A DNA stretch of 64,000 nt from Leptospira sp. (GTDB lineage: Bacteria; Spirochaetota; Leptospiria; Leptospirales; Leptospiraceae). Made by a program: the position numbers and the translations under genes. This document shows positions 9,668 to 19,523 of this stretch, in pieces (position 1 is the first letter of the stretch; the number at the start of each line of letters is the position of its first letter). The notes beneath the pieces are model-generated. The model made no database searches, had not been told where the DNA came from, and saw nothing but the letters and a program-made list of their open reading frames with translations. The stretch covers positions 32,001-96,000 of the forward strand of contig JAWXAQ010000012.1 of NCBI GenBank assembly GCA_034439575.1. The letters run 5' to 3'.

Positions 9668-12601
9668 TTAAACATAACTTAAAAATTGAATTCTGTTTCT
9701 GCCTTTTCTTTTCGCAATATAAAGTAAATCATCAGCATGTTTAATTAATTGCTCAAAAGTTTGTATTTCACCGCTGTTATGCGAAATTCCAATACTCAAA
9801 GTTCTCTTAATGGGAGGATGATTTTCTCGAATGATTTCTATTTTATCAATACCTTTCCTGATCCGTTCGGCGATCAGAATCCCTGTATCAAAATCTGTAT
9901 TAGGAAGAAAAATAATAAATTCTTCGCCACCATATCTTCCAACGATATCTTTTTCCCTGGCTGAAAAATGTAATACCTCTGCGACTTTTTTTAGAAATAG
10001 ATCACCAATTTCATGTCCATAATTATCGTTTAATGATTTGAATTCGTCAATATCCAACATTAGTAAACATACTGGTTCTGATTTAATTAAGGAAGATTCC
10101 CATTCCGGGTAAGCAGAATTAAAAAAGGATCTTCTATTCCTAAGTCCCGTTAGTTCATCTGTATTGGCTAAGTATCTTGCTTCTTTTAATTGAATTTCTT
10201 TAGCTATAACATCTTTTGTTGCAGAATTTAATTCTAAAAGATTCTGAATGCGTGCAAATAATTCTGATTTATCAAATGGTTTTGATAAAAAATCATTGGC
10301 ACCTGATGCTAGACCCATGGCAAAATCTTCTGACTGATTTCTTGCTGTTAAAAGTATGATGGGAAGTTCTGTTAGATTGTATACACTTCGCAATTCTCTA
10401 CATACTTCATAACCAGACATGATAGGCATCATCACATCCAAGAGTACGAGGTCATATTTTTTCGAATAACATTTGTCCAATGCTTCGCGACCATTTCTTG
10501 CTAATTCGATCTGGCAATTTTTTGTTGATAAAAAATTTCTTACAATATGAAGATTGATTTCTTCGTCGTCAACTATGAGAATTTGTTTACACAGAGTAGT
10601 TGATTGGTAATCCTTATTGATAACTTCGCGAAATGATTCTATGTTCGTATGGTGTTTGTTGTTAATGGAATCACTTTTATTCTCATTATTTTCTGACGTA
10701 ACAACTAAAGGCATTGTAAAACTAAATGTTGAACCCTTCCCTGGTTCAGATACAACCTCAATGAATCCAGAATGTAATTCAATCAATTGTTTGGTGATTG
10801 TCAGTCCTAGGCCTGACCCTTGATATAAATGTGGATCGGGGATTTCTAGCTGTTCATATCTTTTGAATATTTTTTGAATATCTTTCTTTTCGATCCCACT
10901 GCCAGTATCATGGATAGAAATTTTAACCTTACTGCCTATTAACTCATGACTTAAAATTATAGTTCCTGAATTGGTAAATTTGATCGCATTACTTAATAAA
11001 TTAAATAAAATTTGTTGGATTCGATTTTCATCGCATAAAACAAAAGGAAGATCAAACGGAATAAGATTATTTAATTTTAAGTTTGATTTGTTTGTAGAGA
11101 TATCTAAAAGTGCGATAACATGATTTGAGACTTGAAATAGATCTACAGGTTGTATATTTAATTTTAGATCTTTATGTTTTAGTCTAGTAAAATCTAAAAT
11201 GTCATTGACGAGCAAGGAAAGTCTTTTTCCACTTTTATGTATTAAATTTATATTTTCTCTTATGTTCGCAGATAGACTTCCCAGGCTCCCATCTAATATA
11301 GATTCGGTGATGCCTACGATTCCATGTAAGGGAGTTTTGATTTCATGAGAGGTGTTGGCGAGAAATTCATCTTTCAGTTGATTTAATTTGATCGTTTGTT
11401 TTTTGAAATGGCGAAAGTTTCTTTCTTTACCTTGTTGGTATCGATTTACTTTGTTTGCCAATGCTATAGATAATAATATGGATTCTAATCCAACACCGAT
11501 TTTTACAATTTGATGGCTGAATTGTTGCCCAGGCAAAAAACCCAATAAGAGTAGAGCATAGTATGATATCGAACTTAATGCGATGCCCCAAGAGAATAAA
11601 TATAATTTTGCTGGGCCGTATCCTTTAGCGACAGCTATAATGCCCATAGATAAAAGACAAAGTGCCGTGATTATGACTGTGAAAGTTAGATACTGGAGAT
11701 ATTTGCCAAAACTTAATGGAATGAATAATAGAGATACTATTGCCCATAAACTAAAAATGATATATTTTGTTATTTTTAATTTTTTTGATCTTCCTTTCGC
11801 ATCTAGAAAGTTAATTGTAAAGAGAGTCGCAAATATGGCGGCAGAAGTGATAACGACAGAGATTGAGTATAAGTTCCAAGTCACATACTTAGGCCATAAA
11901 TATTGGTAAGCAATTCCAGACATAGAAGTTATATAAAAGAGAATTGAAATAATATAACAGGTGTAAAATATATAGGCTCTATCCTTAATTAATATCCAAA
12001 GGAAAAAATTATAAATGGCCATTCCAAGCAAAAGACCCACAAATGTGAATTCAAAACTTAATAAAATAGCATCATATTGATTGAAATACGATTCGGTAAA
12101 AACATTTAATGAAACTAACAAGCCTGATGAAGTTTTGATTCTTAAATAGATGTCTCCATTTGGCTTTAAATTATTTAAACTGAAAATAATATTTCTATTT
12201 CCGAATTCCCATTTTTCATGAGGGTAAATTCTACCTCCAGATTTAGATTCCCACATTCCATTTTGGTTTTGATATTTTAATTGAACGTCAGATAAAGCAG
12301 GGAAACCCAATTTCATTATATAGGTTAGTGAATCATCTATGACTGAGTATGGTACTTTAATCCAAATTGGTCTTTCTATATGACCAAAATTAAGAGAAGG
12401 CTTTTTAGAAAAAGAAAATGGAATCCTACTTTCATTATTGATTATATCATTCCAACTGAATTCATTATTCGTATCTAAATAATAATAAAATTCACCTGAT
12501 TCAAATAAATCGTTTTTAGTATCCTCCAACTGCAATTCTTTTGATAGAATTGATGTAAGAAAAAATAGAAAATAAAAAACTAAAAAGCATATAGATTTCA
12601 T
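9668..12601 (-). CDS. 7TM-DISM hybrid sensor histidine kinase-receiver-diguanylate cyclase
   Basis: 7TMR-DISMED2 + 7TM; H-box SHEIKTPL; N/G boxes (NLLSNAIKFT, DTGSGI, GSGLGL); REC (VDDE...DVMMP...KP); GGDEF domain RYGGEEF with RxxD I-site REKD. Confidence 0.9.
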   Translation of the reverse strand: MKSICFLVFYFLFFLTSILSKELQLEDTKNDLFESGEFYYYLDTNNEFSWNDIINNESRIPFSFSKKPSLNFGHIERPIWIKVPYSVIDDSLTYIMKLGFPALSDVQLKYQNQNGMWESKSGGRIYPHEKWEFGNRNIIFSLNNLKPNGDIYLRIKTSSGLLVSLNVFTESYFNQYDAILLSFEFTFVGLLLGMAIYNFFLWILIKDRAYIFYTCYIISILFYITSMSGIAYQYLWPKYVTWNLYSISVVITSAAIFATLFTINFLDAKGRSKKLKITKYIIFSLWAIVSLLFIPLSFGKYLQYLTFTVIITALCLLSMGIIAVAKGYGPAKLYLFSWGIALSSISYYALLLLGFLPGQQFSHQIVKIGVGLESILLSIALANKVNRYQQGKERNFRHFKKQTIKLNQLKDEFLANTSHEIKTPLHGIVGITESILDGSLGSLSANIRENINLIHKSGKRLSLLVNDILDFTRLKHKDLKLNIQPVDLFQVSNHVIALLDISTNKSNLKLNNLIPFDLPFVLCDENRIQQILFNLLSNAIKFTNSGTIILSHELIGSKVKISIHDTGSGIEKKDIQKIFKRYEQLEIPDPHLYQGSGLGLTITKQLIELHSGFIEVVSEPGKGSTFSFTMPLVVTSENNENKSDSINNKHHTNIESFREVINKDYQSTTLCKQILIVDDEEINLHIVRNFLSTKNCQIELARNGREALDKCYSKKYDLVLLDVMMPIMSGYEVCRELRSVYNLTELPIILLTARNQSEDFAMGLASGANDFLSKPFDKSELFARIQNLLELNSATKDVIAKEIQLKEARYLANTDELTGLRNRRSFFNSAYPEWESSLIKSEPVCLLMLDIDEFKSLNDNYGHEIGDLFLKKVAEVLHFSAREKDIVGRYGGEEFIIFLPNTDFDTGILIAERIRKGIDKIEIIRENHPPIKRTLSIGISHNSGEIQTFEQLIKHADDLLYIAKRKGRNRIQFLSYV

Positions 12602-12613
12602 CTATCTTTACCC

Positions 12614-14710
12614 TTAGCTGATAATATGATTTAATGAAAAGTTGCGATTTAAGGAAACTAAATCAAAATCATCAATAGGTAGAGGCTTACTTATATAGTA
12701 TCCTTGAGCATAATTGCAACCAATGTCACGTAACATTTCAAATTGTTCTCTATTCTCAACACCTTCTGCCACTACCTTCATAGATAAACTTTCCGCCATC
12801 TTTATTATGGCTTTTACAACAGACAAACCATTGTTACTAAGTTGAATGTTATCAATAAAAGATTTATCTATTTTAATTATATCGATAGGAAAATGAATTA
12901 GATAATTTAAAGAAGAGTAACCTGTTCCAAAATCATCTAAATATATTGTGAGACCCATTTCCTTTAATTCTTTTAAAACGTGGATACTGTGTTTAATATT
13001 ACTCATGATTAAAGATTCAGTCAGTTCTATATGAATGTTTTCTGCTTTTATATTATGTTTGCTTAGATACTTAGCGAATAACCTAGGTAAGTTAGTGTTT
13101 TCGAATTGAAGTGGTGATAAGTTAATTGCAATTGGGATAATATCACTTTTTTCTAAATTCCAACGTTCCAGTTGTTTACAAGCATTGATCAAAATCCAAT
13201 CACCGATCGTATGTATCTGTCCTGTTTCTTCAGCGATTTGTATAAATTCTGTTGGAGGAATATAACCATGAGTCGCATGATTCCATCTACAGAGCGCCTC
13301 TGCATGAGAAATTTTATATTCCTTCATTGAGACAATCGGTTGCAAATGTAGTTTTAAATTTTCGTTAATTATGGCTTCACGTAACCAAGATTCCATTTGC
13401 AAAGAATTGAATTTTCTTTCGTGCATCTTAGTTTCAAAAATACAAAACTTACCACGTCCAATTTTTTTTGCTTCGTGCATGGCTATATCAGCATTTCTTA
13501 ATAATTTTTCTGAATCAAAAGATGATTTATCGGCTTTTGAAACACCTATGGAGCTAGTTAATAGAATCGATTGTCCTTCAATGTTAATAATTTCCGAAAG
13601 TATATTTTGAATCCTCTGGCAAATATCTGCGATGTTAGTTGGTTTCTCGTTGCAAGGAATCACCATTACAAATTCATCACCACCAATCCTAGACAAGATA
13701 AGATTATTATGTTTGTTGGTTTCTTTTAAGAGCCTATTTGCGACTATTTTTAATACGGTGTCCCCAGCGGTATGCCCAAGACTATCATTGATATCTTTAA
13801 ATCGATCAATATCGATATAAAAAATATAAAACTCTTCTAATTTTCCAAATTTTAATTCTTGAATGAGTAAATCTATTGATTCGAAGAGAAATTTTTTGCT
13901 AGAAAGTTTTGTTAATTCATCCTTAGAAATTTTCTCTAGTAATAAATTGTCATACTGAAATCTTTCAGTAACATCTCGGCCCAAATAATAAACTCTGTCA
14001 CTCTCTCCCGTTTTGTCCGAATAGACAAAAAACTCGATCATCGAGTAGCCACCGGCTCGGTTTTGAACTCTTATTTCAGCTAATTGAATATCTGTGGATT
14101 CGATAGATTTTTTATATAGGTCTCTAAATTTCTTTTTGTCTTCTTCATGTATGAAGTTTTCAAAATTGGTTCCTACTATTTTGGAAGGTAACCAACCTAG
14201 AATTTGATTTAAAGATTCATTTGCCATTAATAGAGTTTTGCTCTTATTAATTAATAAAAGTATGTCGGGAATAGAATGAAACAAATGTGAAAATTGATTT
14301 TCTTTGGTAACGAGTGAGTCCATCAGTCCAAAGAGGTCTGTTACATTTTTAAAATGAAAAATAAATTGATTGTTTGAAATGGAATTGGAAGTTACATCAA
14401 GCAATGTAATTTTTCGTCCGTCATTGAATTCAAGAATCCCTAACCTTTGAATTTTCTTTCCTTTCGTAGTGAATTTTAGTGATAAAAAAAATTCAAAACT
14501 CGATGTCGGCAATTCATCATATTTTAATGTCTTATTGTTTAAATTATCCGGAAGACCAAAAATAAATTTAGCAAATTTATTGGCATAACAAATATTAAAG
14601 TTTTCATCCGCAATAATTACACCTTCACTGATCTCTTCTAAAATTTCAGTATGTTCGATTAACATATTTGTCATAGATCGGGATTCCTTTGAAAAATTGT
14701 TATATCGCAC
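12614..14710 (-). CDS. PAS-PAS-GGDEF-EAL c-di-GMP cyclase/phosphodiesterase
   Basis: Two PAS-like segments, RIGGDEF, AEALCRW, DDFGTGYSSL, VAEGVE, QGY. Alternative ATG at 14674. Confidence 0.92.
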   Translation of the reverse strand: MRYNNFSKESRSMTNMLIEHTEILEEISEGVIIADENFNICYANKFAKFIFGLPDNLNNKTLKYDELPTSSFEFFLSLKFTTKGKKIQRLGILEFNDGRKITLLDVTSNSISNNQFIFHFKNVTDLFGLMDSLVTKENQFSHLFHSIPDILLLINKSKTLLMANESLNQILGWLPSKIVGTNFENFIHEEDKKKFRDLYKKSIESTDIQLAEIRVQNRAGGYSMIEFFVYSDKTGESDRVYYLGRDVTERFQYDNLLLEKISKDELTKLSSKKFLFESIDLLIQELKFGKLEEFYIFYIDIDRFKDINDSLGHTAGDTVLKIVANRLLKETNKHNNLILSRIGGDEFVMVIPCNEKPTNIADICQRIQNILSEIINIEGQSILLTSSIGVSKADKSSFDSEKLLRNADIAMHEAKKIGRGKFCIFETKMHERKFNSLQMESWLREAIINENLKLHLQPIVSMKEYKISHAEALCRWNHATHGYIPPTEFIQIAEETGQIHTIGDWILINACKQLERWNLEKSDIIPIAINLSPLQFENTNLPRLFAKYLSKHNIKAENIHIELTESLIMSNIKHSIHVLKELKEMGLTIYLDDFGTGYSSLNYLIHFPIDIIKIDKSFIDNIQLSNNGLSVVKAIIKMAESLSMKVVAEGVENREQFEMLRDIGCNYAQGYYISKPLPIDDFDLVSLNRNFSLNHIIS

Positions 14711-15062
14711 TAATCTTTAAATTTTTATAAACAATTGCAAAAGTTTCGAAACTTTTGAATGAAAATTTTTGCCATTCTTTGGAACTGCTGTATAAAATAA
14801 GAATATCAATATTCTTTTGACTGCAGTATTTTATAAATTGGACAATAGGAGGTACTGTTGAGGAATTCATAAATTCTAAATCATAGAGCTCTATCGACAA
14901 TTTACGGCCACCAATCTCATCCGCTATATTTGAAAGATAAGGGGTCAGGATTTTTCCTGGTGATATATCATCACTTGTGCCTGACCATATAATGCGTACT
15001 AAATTATTTTGATCTTCAACATTTACGTTTATATTGAGTTTATTGTAAGTTAAATTGTTCAT
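14700..15062 (-). CDS. STAS / SiaC-like small phosphoacceptor protein
   Basis: LEFMNSSTV matches the STAS/SiaC phosphorylation loop (LxF/YxN/DSS); size and WSG...Y...WQ pattern fit. Confidence 0.65.
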   Translation of the reverse strand: MNNLTYNKLNINVNVEDQNNLVRIIWSGTSDDISPGKILTPYLSNIADEIGGRKLSIELYDLEFMNSSTVPPIVQFIKYCSQKNIDILILYSSSKEWQKFSFKSFETFAIVYKNLKISAI

Positions 15063-15063
15063 A

Positions 15064-15540
15064 TTATTTTCCTAAATGTTTTTTTGCTATAACGGTGATC
15101 TCAGTTTCATTTTGTTCGCAGTTTAAATCAAAACCGCATTCATGAATGATTCTAAAAAGACCAAGACGGTTATGTTTATCCTGGTCATTGTCATAGATTT
15201 CCTTTAATCTTGCTTCATATAATGATTTTGGATCTGATTCATTTTTAATTTTTTTGACTGTGGAAATTAATCTAAGTAAATCATCATCATTATCAAATTT
15301 ATTTGATACTTTGATTTCAATATTTTCATGATCTAGATTAAATTCTAATTCAATGTTCTCATTTTTATTTTTTTCAGATCGATACTTCATCGCGTTTTCA
15401 AGTAACTCGGTCGCAGTGATTTGCACAAAATCTTTCGTGGCTTTCGAAAGTGATGCTGATAAATCACCTAGAGTATCTCTAATGTTTGCGATGGCTGACC
15501 AAGAAGGTTCAATATCTATTTGTAAACAAGTTTTTCTCAT
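15064..15540 (-). CDS. GHKL/HATPase-fold Ser/Thr kinase (SiaB / anti-sigma kinase-like)
   Basis: N-box TELLENAMKY, VSN, RLGLFRI G-box; RBS AAGGA before ATG 15540 (track start 15558). Confidence 0.7.
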   Translation of the reverse strand: MRKTCLQIDIEPSWSAIANIRDTLGDLSASLSKATKDFVQITATELLENAMKYRSEKNKNENIELEFNLDHENIEIKVSNKFDNDDDLLRLISTVKKIKNESDPKSLYEARLKEIYDNDQDKHNRLGLFRIIHECGFDLNCEQNETEITVIAKKHLGK

Positions 15541-15547
15541 ATATCCT

Positions 15548-16573
15548 TTATACGGCAACCTTTGAAGATTTGTTTTGTCTCATTTTTAATAAATAACTTG
15601 GGTTAATTCCAAATTTCTTTTTGAATGCAATAGAAAATTTACTTAATGAACTGTATCCTATCGAAGTAGCAGCCTCTGTTACATTTAAGCCTTCGTTTAA
15701 AATCATATTATATGTTAAATCTAAACGATAATTGCTTAGATAACCGTAGATCGTATCTTTATAGATTTCTTTGAAGCCTGCCTTTAATTTAGAAGTGTTC
15801 AGAGAGACTTTTTTTGCTAATTCAGAAATGTTAGGTGGATTTTCAAGATCAGCGATCAGTAGTTCTCTTGCACGAAAGATCCTGTTTATATCGATATTAG
15901 AATATCTAATCTTATTTTTTACATTGATGTTATAATTTTTTGTAATAAATAGTATTCGGAATAGGGCATCGTAGGTACGAAATAGAAAATATTCTTTTTG
16001 TTTATCATTAGAAAGCGGGATAGAACTTGAGAAAATTTCCACCAAGCTATTGCCAATATTTTGGAAGTATTCGCTTAAGAAAATCAGACCTTCCTTTCTA
16101 GATTCAGGATTCATACTAATATTTGAAAGTGCAGTATCTAAAAATTCTTGAGTAAAATGAGATTTTAAAAAAGACATATTAACGTTTATCAATATGACTT
16201 TGATTTCTTTTTCAGAGGAAAGATTCGCAGGAAAATTTTCACATTGAATTCCATCTGTAGACAATTTCATTTTTCTTTCTTCGCTAATATCCAATTGAAG
16301 AGGAATCAGAAACAAATAAGGATAATTTATATCTTCTCGTTCTAATTGAATTGTGGATTGTGATTTGATCTTTATATATGAAACTTCAATTCCTTCAGCT
16401 AAATGAATGGTTTTTAGAGTGAGACTCTCACCTTCAGCTACGGATTTTATTTTTTTAATCATCCCTGGAATTTTATCTTGAGTCTCCTCACTGTTTACCC
16501 AATTACTATATTGGCAAATTTTCTTAATATAATTTTCATCCTCTATATGGATCAGCTCGTTTGGAAATATCAT
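15548..16573 (-). CDS. soluble AraC-family regulator (PchR/YbtA-like HTH)
   Basis: PPNISELAKKVSLNTSKLKAGFKEIYKDTIYGY...NVTEAATSIGYSSLSKFSIAFKKKFGINP; RBS GAGGAGG. Confidence 0.9.
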   Translation of the reverse strand: MIFPNELIHIEDENYIKKICQYSNWVNSEETQDKIPGMIKKIKSVAEGESLTLKTIHLAEGIEVSYIKIKSQSTIQLEREDINYPYLFLIPLQLDISEERKMKLSTDGIQCENFPANLSSEKEIKVILINVNMSFLKSHFTQEFLDTALSNISMNPESRKEGLIFLSEYFQNIGNSLVEIFSSSIPLSNDKQKEYFLFRTYDALFRILFITKNYNINVKNKIRYSNIDINRIFRARELLIADLENPPNISELAKKVSLNTSKLKAGFKEIYKDTIYGYLSNYRLDLTYNMILNEGLNVTEAATSIGYSSLSKFSIAFKKKFGINPSYLLKMRQNKSSKVAV

Positions 16574-16600
16574 TTTGTTTCCTCCTCAAAATCTATTAAT

Positions 16601-16680
16601 AGTATAACAGTTTGCGAGGATACTTCTTCCAAATCGATCGATACGTAGTTGAATAAGTGTGTAATATGATCGAGATGGAA
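16601..16680 (-). promoter_or_regulatory. extended -10 promoter with two upstream 22-bp boxes
   Basis: Minus strand TG-T-TATACT (-10 at 16601-16606); boxes at 16627-16648 and 16659-16680, 32 bp apart. Confidence 0.5.
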
Positions 16681-16753
16681 TATTATTTAATCGAAATTCG
16701 TGTAGTGAAATTATCTATAAAAAATAATTTCTATCTGAGCTTTTATAAATAAA

Positions 16754-17866
16754 TTATTTTTTAGAAAACTTTTTTCTAAATATGTTAGGTGACATTTTCC
16801 ATTTTTTTCTAAATGCAGAATAGAATGTTGATTGAGAACTAAAGCCCACTTCAAGTGCAATGCTTAGAACAGTTCTTTGAGGTTCGTTAAGAAGAATCTT
16901 TTCTGATTCAATGATTCTATAATGATTTATAAAATCATAAAAATTTGTTTTTAATATTTCATTCAAATACTGAGATAATTTATGTCCACCGATTCCAAGC
17001 ATTTCCGCTAATTTATCCATACTGATATCGTGATCTTCGTATATTTTATCTTCATCTAGAAGGCGATTTAGTTTTTCTTGAATCTTCTGAAGGTTTACAT
17101 TTTTTAGATTTGAATTTTCATATTTTATTTTCTGAAATTCTTTTTGAACTCGTTTGGCACTTTGCGGGAATTTACGAACTATGATATGTAGATAGATCAA
17201 TAAAAATGAAATCATTACTGAAATCAATTTATGAGATAATACTAAATATTCATGGTTCAAAAATATTGTCGTAATTAATCCTACACTTAAAGTAACAATA
17301 CATGTAGTTAGTATGATAAAAATATGAAAGGTAACTTCTTCTCTTTTGAATGATTTTAAATTCACAATCGGTCTTAATTTGATAATGAAGTGAAGTAAAT
17401 AAATAATGGTTTGGATGAAGACTACATAGCGTATCAAACTGATTAAGAAAGAATAACCAAACTCTAATTTTCCTTCGTCGATATTCTCTATAATAATTTT
17501 TTTTTCTTCATCCGAAAGAAATGAATAAGGAATGATGATAATAAGAGCAAGAATTGCAGGGATGAAAGGTAAAAAATACCTTTTGCTGATATTTGTATTG
17601 GTTCTTATAATAATTTGTAAGTAAATATAAAGCAAAGGGCCAATTGTACAGGCAAACGGCAAATCTATGCTATGTAAAAATAAATAATTACCTTCAATCC
17701 CTAAGAACCAAATATAATAAGAAAATTGAACTAATCCTACCGCAAAGAAGAGAACCCCTGTGGCCAACTTTTCCCAAAAACTATGCGAGTCCAATATTGC
17801 CCCGAGTAATCCAAGGAGGCTTGTGACCATTCCGGCAAAGATGATTAATAAAAAAGGGTCAAACAT
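16754..17866 (-). CDS. membrane-anchored AraC-family regulator
   Basis: About 6-7 hydrophobic helices, then KYENSNL...HKLSQYLN...NFYDFINHYRI...IALEVGFSSQSTFYSAF HTH. Confidence 0.92.
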   Translation of the reverse strand: MFDPFLLIIFAGMVTSLLGLLGAILDSHSFWEKLATGVLFFAVGLVQFSYYIWFLGIEGNYLFLHSIDLPFACTIGPLLYIYLQIIIRTNTNISKRYFLPFIPAILALIIIIPYSFLSDEEKKIIIENIDEGKLEFGYSFLISLIRYVVFIQTIIYLLHFIIKLRPIVNLKSFKREEVTFHIFIILTTCIVTLSVGLITTIFLNHEYLVLSHKLISVMISFLLIYLHIIVRKFPQSAKRVQKEFQKIKYENSNLKNVNLQKIQEKLNRLLDEDKIYEDHDISMDKLAEMLGIGGHKLSQYLNEILKTNFYDFINHYRIIESEKILLNEPQRTVLSIALEVGFSSQSTFYSAFRKKWKMSPNIFRKKFSKK

Positions 17867-17989
17867 AAGTGACTTATAAGCTGAGCGTTTCTAAAGTAAT
17901 ATCTTGCGATATAAATATTTCATTTAAAGAACCCATATGGTCTGCCCTGGGAGAATAATATTCAGCCATCTATCAGTAGAAATCAAAGT

Positions 17990-18011
17990 TTCCGAATCGG
18001 TCGATTCGGAA
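17990..18011. promoter_or_regulatory. 22-bp palindromic box with perfect 10-bp arms, putative operator
   Basis: TTCCGAATCG-GT-CGATTCGGAA between the tandem AraC paralogues. Confidence 0.6.
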
Positions 18012-18104
18012 CAACAGTTTTAAGAAAGGATTGAAAAATTATTACTTATAAAATTAGTTTTTGTCCCAATGATTGAAATGGAATACACTTTAAATTGAGA
18101 AATG

Positions 18105-19256
18105 TCATTCACTAAGTCTAGTTTTTGGAACCTTGGGACTCAAGTTCGCCTGTCCATAAATTTTTCTGTAGGCGTTAGGTGACATTTTCCATTTTTTACC
18201 AAAAGCTGAGTAAAAGGTAGATTGAGAACTGAATCCAACTTCAAGGGCAATACTTAGTACGGTCCTATCTGAGCTATTTAACAATAATGATTCTGATTCA
18301 AGCAAACGATGATGATTGATCAAATCATAAAAATTTGTTTTCATAATTTCATTGAGATATTGTGATAATTTATGAGAACCGATTTCGAGTTGTTCTGCAA
18401 GTTTATCTAAACTAAGTTCATTATCTCTATATATTTTTTCGACATCCAAAAGATAATTTAATTTGATTCGAATTTTATCGAGGTCTACATTTCGAAGGTT
18501 TGAATTTTCATATTTTACTTTTTGGTATTCATCATGAATTTTTGATGCACTTTGAGGAAACTTTCGAACTAACAGGTGTAAATACAAAAGTAATGCTGTA
18601 ATCATTAATGACATGATTTGATGGGCAAAACGAAGTCTCTCAAACTCAAAAAATACTTGAGCTACTAGTCCCAACAATACTATTCCGATTGTCGCTAATA
18701 TAATGATAAATATATGCAATGTTAGTCTTTCTCTTATAAAAGACTTAAGGCTGACTAAGATACTTGTTTTATAAATGAAATATATAAGATAAAGCGTAGT
18801 CTGAATAAAGATGACCATCCTGATCACTAAAATAAGGAAAGCATATCCAAAACTTTGAACCCCATAATTCAATTCTTGTAATATGATTCGTTTATCATTA
18901 TCTGGAATCATCGCAAAAGGTAGGATGATAAATAAGGATAGAATTGCAGGAATAAAAGGTAGGTAAAATTTCGAATAGGAAGAAGTTTTATTTTCTATAA
19001 TTCTGTTTAAATACAAAAATAACAAAGGCCCTATGCAACAAGCAAATGGCAAATCTATACTACTAAAAAAAAGGTAGTTTTCTTCAAGGCCTGAATACCA
19101 TAAAAAATATGAAATTTGTTTCATTCCTATCGAAAAGAATAATAGGAAAGTTCCAGCCTTTTCGAAAAAAGAAATTTTGTCGATGAGTGTGCTAATTGCA
19201 CTTAAGAAACTAATGATTACTCCACTCAAAATAATTAACAAAAAAGGATCATTCAT
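18105..19256 (-). CDS. membrane-anchored AraC-family regulator (tandem paralogue of 16754..17866)
   Basis: Same architecture; long identical peptide blocks (SIDLPFAC, LPFIPAIL, VRKFPQSA, RTVLSIALEVGFSSQSTFYSAF). Confidence 0.92.
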   Translation of the reverse strand: MNDPFLLIILSGVIISFLSAISTLIDKISFFEKAGTFLLFFSIGMKQISYFLWYSGLEENYLFFSSIDLPFACCIGPLLFLYLNRIIENKTSSYSKFYLPFIPAILSLFIILPFAMIPDNDKRIILQELNYGVQSFGYAFLILVIRMVIFIQTTLYLIYFIYKTSILVSLKSFIRERLTLHIFIIILATIGIVLLGLVAQVFFEFERLRFAHQIMSLMITALLLYLHLLVRKFPQSASKIHDEYQKVKYENSNLRNVDLDKIRIKLNYLLDVEKIYRDNELSLDKLAEQLEIGSHKLSQYLNEIMKTNFYDLINHHRLLESESLLLNSSDRTVLSIALEVGFSSQSTFYSAFGKKWKMSPNAYRKIYGQANLSPKVPKTRLSE

Positions 19257-19433
19257 GGTCTTTCATGGACAAGATTGTAAAAGGCTATTAATCCACCAAG
19301 AAGTAAAATTTGTTAAAATCTAATATGTAGACCTTTGCGGAATAATAGTTATTCCTTCGGCGAAGGAGAAAAATTTATCTTTTGAAAATTTATAACCATA
19401 GTTGATAAAGGAAAAATCAATTATCATTTGAAA

Positions 19434-19514
19434 TTCTCAATCGGTCGAAATGGAATATATAAAAACTTTTATCCGATCGAAACGGAGGACTAATGATAAA
19501 AAATAAATTATAAT
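19434..19514 (+). promoter_or_regulatory. two 22-bp boxes plus TATAAT -10 upstream of the MCP gene
   Basis: TTCTCAATCGGTCGAAATGGAA (19434-19455), CTTTTATCCGATCGAAACGGAG (19466-19487), TATAAT at 19509-19514. Confidence 0.55.
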
Positions 19515-19523
19515 TAAATCACT

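Noticed and set aside
19321-19380. c-di-GMP (GEMM) riboswitch, prompted by minus-strand CGCAAAGGTCTA
   Set aside because: No GGCAAA/GAAA P2 stem or tetraloop-receptor arrangement is visible.
16627-19487. Repeated 22-bp boxes as a CRISPR array or IS ends
   Set aside because: Copies are degenerate, dispersed over several intergenic regions and not separated by regular unique spacers; no cas or transposase gene is adjacent.
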